Shown: positions 1-18,900, counted from the first letter of the whole stretch. The stretch: 58,142 bases of DNA, filler included, from Sphacelaria rigidula (GCA_964200075.2; 8 parts of 8 records of this genome joined end to end with filler, not necessarily neighbours in it), one strand, 5' to 3'. Made by a program: numbers and translations. The notes: generated by a model not told the origin, from the sequence alone.

Positions 1-570
1 CACCAAGCGCGAAGCGCCATGGTGTCTTCGGTGAGTCGCATGAAGGGTGAGCTGCACCCTGCTAAGATTGTTCGGCCCGAAGCCTACTGGTTATCTTGGG
101 TTTGGATGGCAGCCTACAATGAGTTGCTCAACTATCTGGTATCGCCACTTTCAGAGACAGCGACGGCTTACACACTGCCTCATGGGTGTCTCACCAGAAG
201 GGGGAGGGGGGGTGTACTCATGATCTTGCATGCCATCGTCATACGACCATAAACTTCGCATCCCCACGAACCCGGGACCGAGCACGCCGGGTTCTCGTCG
301 GACGCTCGCGATTAATCAACCAAGCACGAAGCACCGTGGTTTGCTCGGCGGGTTGCATGAAGGGTGAGCTGCATCCTACTAAGGTGGTTCGGCCCGAAGC
401 CTACTGATCTTCTGTTTGGATGGCAGCCTCCAATAGGTCGCTTCAGTTCCTGGTATCGCCACTTTCAGAGACAGCCACGGGTTCCATATCGCCTCATGGG
501 TGTCTCACCAATCAAACACGACGTAGTTCTATCCTTCCTTTTCCGCGGGATTGGGGTCTCCCACTCTGTA
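1..570. repeat. Two copies (about 1-197 and 315-570) of a dispersed non-coding repeat
   Basis: Shared core TGGTATCGCCACTTTCAGAGACAGC...CCTCATGGGTGTCTCACC. It also occurs at 36403-36540 and, inverted, at about 28885-29022. Confidence 0.8.
200..303 (-). mobile_element. Short retroposon ending TGAGTACACCCCC (C-tailed family 2)
   Basis: Matches 7108-7181 (-) and 53416-53467 (+). Its 5' part matches 28695-28740 and 50820-50862. Confidence 0.65.
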
Positions 571-1165
571 CAGTATGATCTAGCTCGAGTGCCATCATGG
601 TAACCGTAAAAAAAAAACGCAACCACAAGAAAAGAATCGGCAGTCTAGTTGCCTAGCTCACTCACTGGGTGGCGTATTTTACACCCCCATTGCCAACCGA
701 CGCAAACAGGGTAGGAATCACAGATACGGAACCACGAACTAGGACTTGCGCAATGTATTGGTTTAAAAAAACAGTAACCCCACAGTCACAAAAAAGTCAA
801 GACCTTAGGTGAGCAGCACAGCCGAAAGAGTCATGCTACGGAAGGGGTTTCAAATTCAATCGGGATATGCCGAGCGCTTCGAAATGCTAATCATGGCGTG
901 CCCATATATTTCGCAAGTCATTTCTTTGAATGATATGGAGGGCTCCTCTAGGCAACAATTCCAACTCGAGGAAATAGTTGTGTACCCTTACTGTATCACA
1001 ACCAACTAGGGACTCAATCAAGGTTCTTAGCGAACAAATATCCGTGTTACAACACACACGGGCAAATCATGTGTTCCCCCCCGCACGTGCACGCGCCACA
1101 AACAGAAAAGCAAGCAAAACCCATATATCCTGGACGCGGGGTTATATCCTCCAATGCACACTTAC

Positions 1166-6269
<5,104 letters not shown>

Positions 6270-7181
6270 CTGTTCCATCAACAACAGACAGCCAGACGTC
6301 GTGACTTAGGTGACCCCATGTTGAACGTCGCAAGAGCATACCGATGAGCAGTAATATCACACGAGACCAAGACTACATGACTGCACGAGGGCCGACGGTC
6401 ATCAGACTAGTGCAGTGCACGCGCTGCGCCGAGTTAACGAGGGATTTTAACGGAAGGGGACCTGTAGCTTCGGGCGTAGATCTATGGTTAATTTCTTCGA
6501 ACAAATCAATAACACAAACCCCAACCCCGACGCAGGGTGTACGAGACCCTCGGGCAACGGGGGGTGCATAAGTTTCCTAGGCAAAGAGCGACCACGGTTT
6601 GGTGAGATTGAGAGTAGAGGGGGGAAAACTTCGCCAATTTTTCATCCCATGCGCGCTTTCCCCCCCTCCATTGCTGGCGTGTGCGTATAGCTACACGTCG
6701 ATATGCTACTCAGGGATATCAAGGGCGTCAGTGGTAAGCTACTACAGAAATCTTATCGGGCCTCGTGGAGGGGCATTTCAGAACTGAAACGTTTCATTCA
6801 CTACTTGACCGCTCGTCACTCGCAATGTCACTGTTGAGTGCGTTGGCAGCCCTGCAATCGACACCGCAGGCCGATTGCAACAAAAGCACGTTTTGAACCA
6901 GCTGCGTCCACTGCTCACCTGCCCCGAACCATAAATTCTCTCAATATTCAATTTACTCCAAAATCAAGTAGTCATGTTGTCAACCACAGATTTACGCTCA
7001 AGGCTACGGCGATCATTCCTGGCATATTTCGTGGGATCACCTGGATACACCCTCTCTAATGGGAGCCACGACCCGAGAACCTACTCCGGTGCCAAGGTTT
7101 TTTTGGAGGGGGTGTACTCATGATCATGCATGCCATAGTCATAAGACCATTGACCGCGCATCCCTATAAAGCCGGGACGGG

Positions 7182-7281
7182 NNNNNNNNNNNNNNNNNNN
7201 NNNNNNNNNNNNNNNNNNNNNNNNNTTAATTAATTAANNNNNNNNNNNNNNNNNNNNNNNNNNNNNNNNNNNNNNNNNNNN
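7182..7281. other. Artificial contig-joining linker (also 14463-14562, 21743-21842, 29023-29122, 36303-36402, 43583-43682, 50863-50962)
   Basis: Identical N44-TTAATTAATTAA-N44 spacer, with stops in all six frames, every 7280-7281 bp. Confidence 0.98.
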
Positions 7282-8048
7282 CTGATCCTTTTTGTCTGTG
7301 TCCTCGCTTCCTTTCCGAGACTCTGCTCTTTTCGCACTGTTTTTTTGGGGGGGGGGGGGAATTCAGGTGATCCGATCGGATCGCCGAAATTTCCCGAAAT
7401 TGTTTTTCACCTAGGACCTCAACATTTCGGTTGTCGAAATCCAAATTCGTAGGGCGTGCAGTAGTTATCAATAGCTACCAGTAGGTGAAGGAATGGAACC
7501 ATATTTCGGAGATTTGGTGTGGATATGAAGATTTTGATCCTCCGGGTTTTCATCCTCAATTTCGATCATCGGGTGTTAGTTGACGTGTGGGGGAGTGCTG
7601 ATCCAATCCGCGACGACAAAGTTTACGGTGAGTACGGGGGGGAATATGCGTTCGTCCCTTGAGAGCACGGGAACGTACGTCCCGAGGAAGGGAAGAGGTT
7701 TCAAGTGAGATAAAACAAGGAATAAGAAAAGCAGAAGAACTTAACCTGCTCGACCGTGGGGTGGCAACGTGACAACTCCATCGATCTTCCACATGGATAT
7801 CGCAACACGAGATTATAGTGCCCAGTTCTTGTGTGTAAGACTAATACTGTACTACTGCCGTGTACGCGACGCTTTCTGCTGAATTCACGTTGCGGTGGAA
7901 GTTCTTTTTTCGTCCACGTAGTCTGTCTCACGAGCAGCGAATACCGCACACTGGACACTGTACCGTGCGGTACTGCCACGGTAGTTGAGAGCTACGGCAC
8001 ATCAGTTGTGCTACAGCAGGTGTATTTCTTCTCCACTCCAAAATATTA

Positions 8049-8824
8049 GGGCAATGGCCTAGAAAAGTTATACCTTATCGTTTTTTCGCCCAAGAAAGGT
8101 ACGAAAACGGATCAGAAACGCGAAAACAGCAAAACGCACAATCTGAACCGACTTCGCTCAGAATTTTTCACACACAGCAATCGGGGGTCTCCTCGGCACC
8201 GGGGCCTCGAAAACCCCCCAGAAAAGAAACGTGTCATCCGCGAGATATGGCCATGCGCAGAAGGACGTCTCGCCTCCAGAAACCACTTCCTCTTTCTGGG
8301 CCAAAATTCGGCTAGGTACACCTGATCTAGGAATTCCTTTTCAACCATACCTTATCTGGGCCACCAGTCCGCCCAGAAAGGACCTGTCCTGGGTCATCGC
8401 TTCCCACACCGTACCTGACGCGGCACACTGCGTGCGAGGGGATTAATGTGCCAACTCCAACCATGGCGCCCACACATTCGGCTCTTTTCCCGCCCATTTT
8501 CCATCTACGAGCGCCACAACGATCACATCCCCTTCTCCCCGAAAATGGATCCCGAGTCTCTTCGCATCGGATTAAAAAATAATTCCTACATAAGGTCTAC
8601 CTGGCCGAAATTTGGCCCAGGAAGGGGAAGTGGTTTCTGGAGGCGAGACGCCCTTCTGCGTGTGGCCATATCTCGCGAGTAAGACGTTTTTTTCTGTTTT
8701 CTTTCGGGGCCTGCGTGCCGAGGAGACCCCCGATTGCTATGCGTGAAGCATTCGGAGGGAAATCGGTCGAGAGTGTGTGTTTTGCTGTTTTCGCGTTTCT
8801 GGTCATTTTTCGTGGCTTTCTTGG
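8049..8824. mobile_element. Foldback/MITE with long inverted arms, right end truncated
   Basis: Arm about 8089-8345 (CCAAGAAAGGTACGAAAACGGATCAGAAACGCGAAAACAGCAAAAC...) is the reverse complement of about 8570-8824. The left end is TTA|GGGCAATGGCC. Confidence 0.75.
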
Positions 8825-11800
8825 TAGGGTTGTGTACTGAACCAGTACGTACTGCGAGTTCTTAGGAAGTGGCCAGTTCCTCAAAACTGGCAAACGAACA
8901 GCCAGTACCGCCAGTATTTACACAACTTACGTTCTCGTACGTCCCACCGTACGCCTAAAAAAACAGCGGGAACCCGTTCAAATTACGCCGCCACGCTGCC
9001 TCAAAGGAGAGAACACACACCACACACAACACACGCAGCACACGCAGCACATAGCAGGAGACCATTCGAACGATGCAAAGGTTTTATACGTCGGGCAGTC
9101 CGCCAACAGCAGACCCCGGCGGTGGTGGTACCGTGGGGCCTGCTGATTCAGCAGCTGCACCTGCTGCGTCAGCAGCGCCAGCAGCGCAAGTCATCACCCC
9201 TGATGCAGACGACGAAGTGGAAGTGGTGCCTCGCACTGAGCTTCAGGCGAGGCTGAAGTAGGCTCTGCGCGTGGAGAAGTCGTTGAGGCTGAAGAACCAG
9301 GCGCGGAAGTCGAAACCGCTTGGAGCCTCTCCATACCACTGGGCTTACTTCGAGTGCTACGGTCAAGCACATCTCAACATGTAAGCCGTGTGAAAGCTGT
9401 GCTGGGAACAGCAGGAACTTGATCGCGCAGAGATCAAGTACAGCCAGTCACCGACAAACCTGCTGAGGTACCTCAAGACCGAGAAGCTCACAACGCCTGT
9501 CTGGCCAACAAGAGCGGGAAATCGTCGCTTCGTGCGGCGGCGGCGCACGGCTCAAACGCCTCGCCGACAGGGATCAACAGCTACTTCGGCAAAGACGCCG
9601 CGGGCTGGCACCAACATCTGGTACGATGGATGGTGATGAACGCCATCCCCTGTTTGCCTTGGTCCTGTCCAGTAGGATACTGTGTTTTTAACATCTCTCT
9701 CTCTCTCTCTCTCTCTCTCAACTATAGACGTACTCAGATGTACTTTTTAATCTATATTTTCCACCGAGACCGAGTACAACGTTTGCAAAATACTTAACAA
9801 ACGTACTTAGTACCAGGTACGAACACTGCACACGTTTGTGTTGTTGTTTCATTTGCAGCTCTAAAGTGTGTGTGTGTGAGTTGTGCACTCGGTTGCTCCA
9901 CCTTTTCTTCTACACTTTTGTGAATATGAGTCTCTGTTGTGGTGATGGCTTCCGTTTTGTTTCGCGCGTGTGCGTTTTGTTCAGCATGGCAACAATTCAT
10001 CGTTGTCCACACTGTCATTTGCCGCTGCCCGAGTATCACCCGATAGTGTTGCACCAACCGGTCTCCTCCACGTTGAGAGGTTCCTTCTCCCTGTGACGGG
10101 GGTGTTTTGAAGTTGTCCCCGCTCCCCGCACACCTCGTTCACTTACGGCCGGCCATCATAGCAGGGATCAGATGGGCCTTTTGCTTTTTCACCGACGCTA
10201 TTTATTTCAGTGTATGCGCTACAGCACTCAACGGTATACATTGCTGCTGTTTATGCGACAACTTGTGGCCTCCCAAAATTCGCCTGCCTGGGTTTGCCAA
10301 ACTATGCATGGTATTGAGATGCTCGAGGACGCAAGCTTTGAGGGTATGGTCCATTCCATCCGCCCAAGTGCCCGCATTCCAGAGAAGAAAGACTGTGTGA
10401 CCACGATGCGTACCGTGAAGACGGCTATGATGGAGAAGGTCTGAAGAATGTTGAAGGGCGAGCACATGTGCATCACCTCTGACAGCTGGACCTCTCGCGC
10501 CAATTACACGTACTTGTCGCTGACAGTCACCTTGAATACCAGCACCTGGAAGCTCGTACTCTCTCGTTGGACTGCAGCAAGTCCGAGGGATCGACGACAG
10601 GCGATGATCTTGCTGCTGGTATCAAAGCCACGGTGGGGAAGCATGGCATGACGGGCAAGGTTACCGCGATTGCTACTGACTGCGAGCCTTCAATGGTGAA
10701 GATGGGGCGCCTTCTCGAAGAAGACCACGTTTGCATCCACACCGGCTGCTGCAACCACCGGCTTGTAAGCACCACCTCCATCGTATTCAAGGGGTCGGGG
10801 GTCAAAAAGGCTATGGCCTTGGCCCGCGGCTTGGTGACGCGATACTCGACATCAAGCCAGGCGGCCGCCAGGCTCGCGCAGTTCGTCAAAACCTACATCG
10901 GTTCAGACAACAAACGGGTGATCCAGGACGTGGTAACTAGGTGGTGGTCTACTTGCAGCATGATGGAACGGCTGCTGGAGCTTGAGGTAACAGTCGCCGA
11001 ACAGGAGGAGGCGGACAACCTCGAAGCGCTGCTTACGGTGACAGACTGGGCGGTTCTTGAGCTGATACTGAGCATCCTGGCACCGTTCAGGCATGCGCAG
11101 ACTTGACTCGAGGGATGCGAGTACGTGACGGGCAGCTTGGTCGTACCCTTCATCTACGACCTGCGCAACAGCCTCGACGACGCGGTCTACGACGTCAACG
11201 AGCTGGAGTCCAGTTCAAACGCCGACGTGAACACGGCAAGGGCGGCGGTGAAACCGTGCGTCCTCGCGCTCCAAAACGATTTCATTGATCGGTGGGGAGA
11301 TGCACGCGACATCCTGACCTACGCGGAGGGCAACAGGAGGCAACCACGTGGTTTCAATTTCAAGCCTGTTCAGGTGCTCGCAACTGCGCTCGACCCGCGC
11401 ACGAAGATACTGTGGGAAATCGAGGAAGACGAGAGGGCCGATGTTTGGAAGCTCGTGCAGGAAGAGGCGGTCAAGATCGCGCTGAAAAACCGCGAAGAGG
11501 AGAAATCTCAGGGTGTCCCGTTGCAGCAACGATCCGAAGCAGCGGCAGCCCACCGGTGGAGGTGAAGGGGGCTCCTCGAGAAAGCGCTCACGTCGTGGTG
11601 GTGGGTTCATTGCGACGGTGCAATCGGTTGGAGACTTACAAGTGCAGCAGGTGGGCGAAGGCGCCGATAGCTCCAACACCAGCTTCATCACTAACTCGGT
11701 GCGGGTGGAGCTTGAGACCTTCCAGACGGCCACAGGTACCAAGATGTACGAGGGGGACAAGGAAGGCACCGGGGTGTACCTTGACCCCTCGGACTGGTGG

Positions 11801-11986
11801 CGTGCAAGACGCACAGACGTCCCGCACTTGGCCAATCTCGCCCGCCGTGTGATGGCGATCCCCGCCACGCAGGCAGAGCCCGAGCGCCTGTTCTCCCGCG
11901 CTGGAAACATCGTCACGAAGAACCGCAACACGTTGGCCCCCGCAACCGTCGAGCTACTTGTCCTCTTGCGCCACTGGTGGAAGTAG
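8825..11986 (+). mobile_element. hAT DNA transposon with disrupted transposase
   Basis: Decayed BED finger at about 9330-9480 (WAYFE...KLC...PTNLLRYL), then ITSDSWTS, IATDCEPSM...CCNHRL, VTRWWST, and the C-terminal WWRARRTDVPHLANLARRVMAIPATQAEPERLFSRAG. Stops at 10444 and 11106 and frameshifts near 10565 and 11560. Putative left end TAGGGTTG at 8825; right end not found. Confidence 0.93.
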
Positions 11987-13300
11987 AGGAATGGGAAAAA
12001 TCGAACGCAGCCGCGGCGAGAGCGGCGAAGAGGGGCTGATCTTAGCCCGCAGTGGCGAGCTTTTTTTTGTTTTCTCCTCAAGGGTGTTGGTAGCGAAAGG
12101 AGTCGTCACCAAAATTACTCTGCTTGCTGTGCTGATATGTGCCGCTGTAGCTGTGCACGTTGCTGGTCTTTCGGGTGGGTAGCTTCAGCACTCTCACATT
12201 GTTAGCGTTTTGCTTTTGGTTGTGTTGCGTGTCATTTGTCGAGCTGTGTTTTGTTTTGCGCTTCTTTTTTTTTTTCTCGTCGAACGTTTGGATTTGTTTT
12301 GCACCTGACTCTGTGCATGGCGGCACACTGATGCGGTGTCTTGATGCGGTGTTGATACGCGTTCAAGGCTGCTGAATTCGTTTGGTTTTTTGTGTCCGAG
12401 GCTATCCTATGATCAACAATGAAGGGTGCTCACGCCTTGTGTCATCAAGGGCTACTGTAGACCTCCTCTCTTCATTTTTTATTCGCAGGTCCCAAGTACT
12501 TTGTACTTGTTTAGACTAAAGACACACCATACGCTACAATTGCAACGAATCATGTGTATGCCTCACCACGATGCTGGAGTTGATGAGCATCGCAACATTT
12601 GTGGCACATTTATTATTTTCTATTTTCACATTTTTCTTGAGGTGAAAACAATTAACCCTTTTGGGACTGGGCCTCCAGAACGACCAATGAGGCTGGTTAC
12701 GAATGACGTGTCCTGCATACGCATGACACAGTGGATTCATGTAGCTAAAACCCACGTATGTATGTAACCGCAGGGCTAGAGAGGAAGACCGAAAGTTTCA
12801 TCCAGTCTATTTTCAGGTGCAGGTACAAACTGTCAGTACTACGAAATTAGGGTGTTGTGCGCATCGGGTAATGTAGATATGTATCAAGCAGTATGAGTCG
12901 CCGTGGAGAGCTTTCAACAGAACGTGGCAACCGCCGCCCGCCACTTGTGGCCTTGGATATTGTCCCCATCACCTTGCCACACAGCCCTTTGTGGTCGGCG
13001 AGGTGGGCCGCGATTTCCCCCTTTGTTGCAAGCGACAAATTATCTTCGAACGTCATGGTCGTTGCGCCGCAGATACAGTACAGTACACCTCTTCCATGCA
13101 GCAGCAGCTGCCGCTGCCCACTATCATATGTTCTGGGCAGTTTTTCCGCCACGGAGATCAGCTGCCTATACACAGCTTCTTTGTTCCCGTCGATTACATA
13201 CGACCTCACTGCCGCTGGTACCGCTTTGACGGAGGGATACGCAGAACTCATGCCTCTAGCTCCGTCTGTCGTCCCACAGTGTTGCTAGATTCAGTTGCCT

Positions 13301-14462
13301 TGTGAACGTGACGACATATATAGTAGGGTACATTTATGCCCGAATTTCCCCCGAGAATTATGTGTTGGTGTAATCAACTAGGTTTTACTATAGGACAATG
13401 ATCCCAAAAAATCGAGGGAGTGGAGGTCGGACCTATATAACATGCAAGTAAATGATAAAAAAATCGGAAATCCGAGCCCCGACCACTTGGGCTTTCCTTT
13501 GATTCAAAGGCTTCTGTGTGGGCCAGGGACAGGGTACACACACCAACTTAGCAGTGACATCACTCCCGGCGACAGCCCCCCCCCCCGCTGGTCGTTCGGA
13601 TGTGGTTGATAAATTTCGCCTCACCCTGATTGGGCATGTCGCTCCCAGACTTGTTTAACCCTTCGACAGCGACCCCCCCCGCTGGTAGACTGAGGTAGAC
13701 ACTACACTATTTGGGTTCAGAATCATTCCTTTGTCACAACTCAAAACGCCTACTCTACGGCGGAAGGGACCGGGAGTGTATAAGAGGGACATAGTTGCGT
13801 CACAACACAGACGGTGGTATGGTTGTCGACCACCTGATTTCACGCCTCATATTTATGCTGTGCAGTGTGACGCTAGCAGGTTTGCTAGTTCTGCAGCGTC
13901 TAAATGCTGTTGAGGGACTCCCCAGCTCTTCTGGCCTCAAGGTCTCAGATGTCAGCCTTTACAGCACCTTATCATTATCTCGGAGTGAAAAACCCTGCAG
14001 CCCTGCACCATTTGGCCTGGGCTACACAGCAAGAGTCATCATCTACAGGATGCCCTTGCCCCCTGGTCATCATCCAGGATCCACTACATACTCAACCGTG
14101 ACGGCGTGATTTCGCCACAGCACCCCCAAAGCGCGTTGGACGAGAAATCGATCAACAAGCTTGACTCTCAGAAAACTAACGCCAAAACGATTGAGCCAGT
14201 CACAACTGAATCCCAAACTCACGCGTAATGCGAGCAGCAATAAAACGAGTCACTCGCACCTGACGCAACTCCTTCTTGAGAAATTCCGGAGCTGCCTCAA
14301 AAATATTTTTAAAAGGCTCCCACGTACGCTCCTCGACTTGAAACCTACCCAGTCGATCAATATGATCAACGAACGATCCTCTGCCTCTGCCACGCGAATA
14401 ACCCCAGCCATCTGAAACTACCCCTGGTTGAAAGCGTGCTGAAACACATACTTAACGTCTGC
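13301..14462 (-). mobile_element. 3' end of a chromodomain-bearing Ty3/gypsy LTR retrotransposon (decayed)
   Basis: 14462 to about 14200 reads DVKYVFQHAFNQG*FQMAGVIRVAEAEDRSLIILIDWVGF/EERTWEPFKNIFEAAPEFLKKELRQ, chromodomain-like with one stop and one frameshift. It is followed by a G-rich tract (14120-14130) and a putative LTR TGTGGCG...CGTTCACA (14119-13301). Confidence 0.72.
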
Positions 14463-15952
14463 NNNNNNNNNNNNNNNNNNNNNNNNNNNNNNNNNNNNNN
14501 NNNNNNTTAATTAATTAANNNNNNNNNNNNNNNNNNNNNNNNNNNNNNNNNNNNNNNNNNNNATGGTTGCTCCTAAAATCGATTCGAAGTTGAATTTAGT
14601 GCGAGCAACGGCCCAAAATACCTCCCGTCCTATCCTAGCACCACTTTACGTGTCTGTGATCTCCCCGTCTCGTTGAATACGCTACAGCAGTATATTCGAC
14701 TTAACTGTCGGCGAGGGAAAGGGGCTGCTGAACCCCTCTCGCGATGAAATATAAAGGCAAGCGCCGCAGAAGAAAGATGGAGTACTAAAAACAAACACAT
14801 GAGGAAAAAACCTCCTGTGTTGATCTTCATCCTGTGTAACCCCGACTGGTGCGCTCACACATACCGAGAGGTGTATAGACCGGCGTCCAGGATAGATGGG
14901 GCGACAACTCAAACACAGTATCGTAAACACAACCTCCGGATACCAACCCGGCACAGTAGACAGCGTTGGGCACACAGGCAGTGCACCTCGGCGCCCGCTA
15001 GTCATTCACAAGTGCTGAACATGTCGGTGTCTGGTACAGCACTATTGAGTTGAGACAGTTGTTGAGGGTTGTACTACTACTGTACTGTTGCACTGTCTGT
15101 AGGCAGTTTTGTATACTTTCGGTAGGAAGTATTCTGTACTGTACCACTCAGACTGTCTGTAGTACTGTACTACTGTTGTCTGTAGTACAAGTGTGCACAT
15201 GCCTATGTGTGTCCGTTTGCGTACTTTGAGGAATCACAGTAGTTCTCGATAAAGGTTCACCACACGCAGTAATCCTAGCTTCGTGAAGGCGAGAGGGGGA
15301 GCAGAGACACCTATCGACCGGGCTAAATATGACGTGGAAGGGCTGAAGTGGGTCACCTATGCAGCCGCTACGGGGATCTCGACAAAATGGCCACCCAACG
15401 GTGGGGTTACTGCGCGAGGTAACGCAAGCTTCACGTTGGGTTGCCATTTCGTCAAGTCCTCACAGCAGCTGCTTGAGCGGCCGACTCCCGCCCTTTCGCA
15501 TCATCATAAGCCAGGTCGACTGGTGTCTCGGCTCCCCCGTTCGCTTCCAAGTGTTCCTCGTAGTTTTGGGTCACCCTTGTGAACGAGTTGCCATCACCAG
15601 TGCTGTCGCGGGCGTTCACGACATCGGCCACCGCCTCACTTATGGCATTTGTCCTACGGCTGTGTTCTGTAACCTTGGTCGTTATGGGGCAGGGTGTCTA
15701 GTTCCGTTTCATAGCCCTGAGTTTGGCACCAATGCTTTGGGGTGTCTAGCAACTCAGGGTTTTTTTGAAAAATTGAAAATTAATCCTGAGCTGCTGCGCA
15801 TGTCTCTTTTCAGGGTTCAGTTTTCAGGGTTTACATAGAGGAATTCGTCATATCCTGGCCTTAAATCCCAACTTTCTTAATAATCCCTGAGTTATTCCTT
15901 ATCCCTGAGTTCTGATTTGTGTTTTCGAGACTCTCTAATGAGAAACGCTGAA

Positions 15953-18900
15953 TTGATTGATTGATTGATTGATTGATTGTTGCACTTCAACTGACCCCCA
16001 GGGGTCCAGCCAGGGTCTCATGATAGACGTACCCAAGAAAAACAAAACTGAAACACTCGCTGAAGAAAAGAAGGAACAGGAAGAGAAAAAAAATCGAACA
16101 GAGCGACATCGTAGACTACGACGTGACAAAATGATAATAAAAAGTCAACAAAAGCAAAGCACAGAAAGAAATGACCAACCTAAAACCATAAAAAAGGAAA
16201 ATACGAGGAAAGTAGAGAGCACGTAAACTAGAATAAAATAATTTGATACAAATAAGGAAGAAACCCAAGGGATTCAGGGCAGCAAAGTAGATACAGATAC
16301 ACACCAGTGGGCACCGCAGAGCCACCGACTAAGCACATAATTAACAACCGATACAAGCAGACAAGATTCATCGATTGGCAGCCCTCGACGCAGCAGCCTC
16401 TCGCTTGTAAGGGCGGTCTGATTCTCGCTTGTCCGCGCGTCGCCACATGTTCTCAAACTCTCCCGCTCCCTTTTCGACTCCAATATGCCATTTGCCCATG
16501 TTCTTCGCCTCAGCGACCCAATCGTATGCATCATTAACCTCTACAGCGTAGACGAACGACTGTCGTCGGGCTTCTTTGTGCGAGACAGCCCCTGGCGCAT
16601 GTGGGTTCTCCTTTAGGGTATCCTCCCATTGCTTGGGGGGGCGGCCGATCTTCCTGGGTCCTCGTGTGCAAAGCCGACCATTCATGACACGCTTGGGAAG
16701 GCGGGTGTTCTTTTGCCGGACAATGGCTCCCGCAAACCAGAGTTGACATTTGCGGATAGTCGTCTCGATACGTTCGCAGTTGGTCATCTCGAGCACCGCT
16801 CTATACGAAAGAGCCTTGTAGCCATTTCGATCGTTCCTGCTGAATCCAACCACTTGCAGCAGGAGATTGTGATGGGCAGTGCGCAGACTGTCGAAGTCCT
16901 CAGAACGTAGCGTCCATGTGGCACACCCATACAACAGAGCTTCTACCATCTACGCTTTAAGCAATCGAACTTCCAAGAATAGCTAGGCGTTGGGTCGGTC
17001 GTAGAGTTGGGAGCTATGTTTTCGGATACGCACTCACGCCGCGCTGATAAGGCGGTTGATTTCAATGGACGTTTTCGCATTCGAGCCGATAGCTCCGCCA
17101 AGGTAGACGAACTTCCCCATCTGCTTATACCGTTGACCGGCAGCTTTGATATCAGGGTGGCCTCCGTAGGGCTGGGTACTGACCAAAGGCGCATGGACAC
17201 CGTCTTGTTCTCGGAGAACATCAGGCCGAATTCCTGGCAGGTTACCACTATCACAGCCATCATTCGAGCAAGGTCTTTTAAAGTCTTCGAGGCTATGCCG
17301 GCGACGTCCGGATAAAGCTTTGCCCACACCGCGCGTCGCACCTTCTCCTGTGGTGCCTCTTCCACGGGTTCACCACCGAAACCTTGTGGCGCATCATCTA
17401 GAAGGACCAAGTCTGAGACGATGACTAGGTCGATCGCAAACCGCTGGACGATCACTTTCACCAAGTTTGCTCCGAAGATGTTGAACAGCAGCGGACACGA
17501 AACGCAACCTTGTCTGAGTCCCTGGCAGACGTCGAACCACGCCGATAGCTCGCCACTATCTAGATGTACTCGAGCTCGCATGCCGTCGTGAAACGTACGG
17601 ATGATCGTGATCATTCGCGACGGGACTCCGAACCGAGCAAGCACTTCCCACAGGAGCGTGCGGTCTACAGAACCGTTGGTTTTCTGCAGATCGATTAAAC
17701 ACATGTTTTATTGGGATATTGCTCGCCCGTCCCAACTCCTGGAGTGGGTGTACTACGAACATCATATCTGTGGTCAATCTTTGGCCCCTAAATCCACACT
17801 GCGGGAAGGCATCTGTTTCCTCATAAAGATCACCGAGCCTGTTGGCTACGATTTTACGATTTCGAGGAGAACTTTAGCAGTACGTACCACAAGTCAAATG
17901 CCTCTGTAGTTACTACACTGGGTCTTTCCTACCTTGTTTTTTGTGCAGTACTTTGATGATGATGTCTTTCCATTCTTGCGGCACCTCGCCAGATGCCCAA
18001 ACCGCAGAGACGATGTCGTGGAAGTGATACAGAATATCCGACGCCTCCCCGTTATGCCCGAGCTTCAGGATTTCAGCAGGAATACCATCCGGACCGGTTG
18101 CTTTGCCATTCGACATAGCTCTCAGAGCCTCCTCAGTTTCACTTGGGCTTGGTGGGTCTCCTAGTGACAAGGCTATATTGGTCGTTGAGCAATCTTCTCG
18201 GTGATGGTACGGTCGATAGTTGTCGATATGGCGTTCAATAATGTATAAAAATACCGTTCCCATTTCCTACTGATCAATCCTCTGTCCCGCAGTAAATTGC
18301 CGTCCTCATCTCGAATGTGCTGTCCACTCTCGATTAGTCGTCCAGACGGTCTCCACCCTCCGTTGAGATGTCTGTGCCATCCTGTCATGTCCCCCACTCG
18401 AGTATACTCCTCTAGTTCTCCATTATACACATCCATACATTTGTCCACTCCAACTTGGATCGCCTCTTTGATCTTTTTGCATTCTGCTCGCAATGTGCGC
18501 CATGCGAGTTTATCTCGAGATGATCCCAGTCTCACCGTTGATCTCGCTCTTTCCCTCTCCATCCAAGAAGTTCGAATTCCGTTCTGATGTCAGCATCCTC
18601 GAACCACCCCGGAATACGTGACTTCGTGTCACACGGGGTACCACCTTTTCAGCGGCACTCAAAAGTACGTCGGCAAAGTTCGTAGCCAGTGAACTAATTG
18701 TATCACTGGGTATACTCTATTTGAGTTCGCTGATGATGAGCAGGGTGAGCTGCTCACGTCTGTCGGGGTCAGATACTATTGCCCATCTGTCGATCAATGT
18801 ACGCCCAATTGAGATTCGTCTTGGTCTGTTGTGTGCAAAGCGACCAAGGAGCCGCACTGAGGCGAACACAATGTTGTGGTCAGAATCCGGCGAGTTGGGG

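Noticed and set aside
7226-7237. Periodic TTAATTAATTAA palindrome as a biological repeat or array
   Set aside because: It is always centred in N-runs and is an assembly linker.
11215-12081. Long ORFs such as 11215-12081 (-), 2624-3424 (-) and 33213-33719 (-) as separate genes
   Set aside because: They are alternative-frame or antisense shadows of GC-rich coding regions that are already explained.
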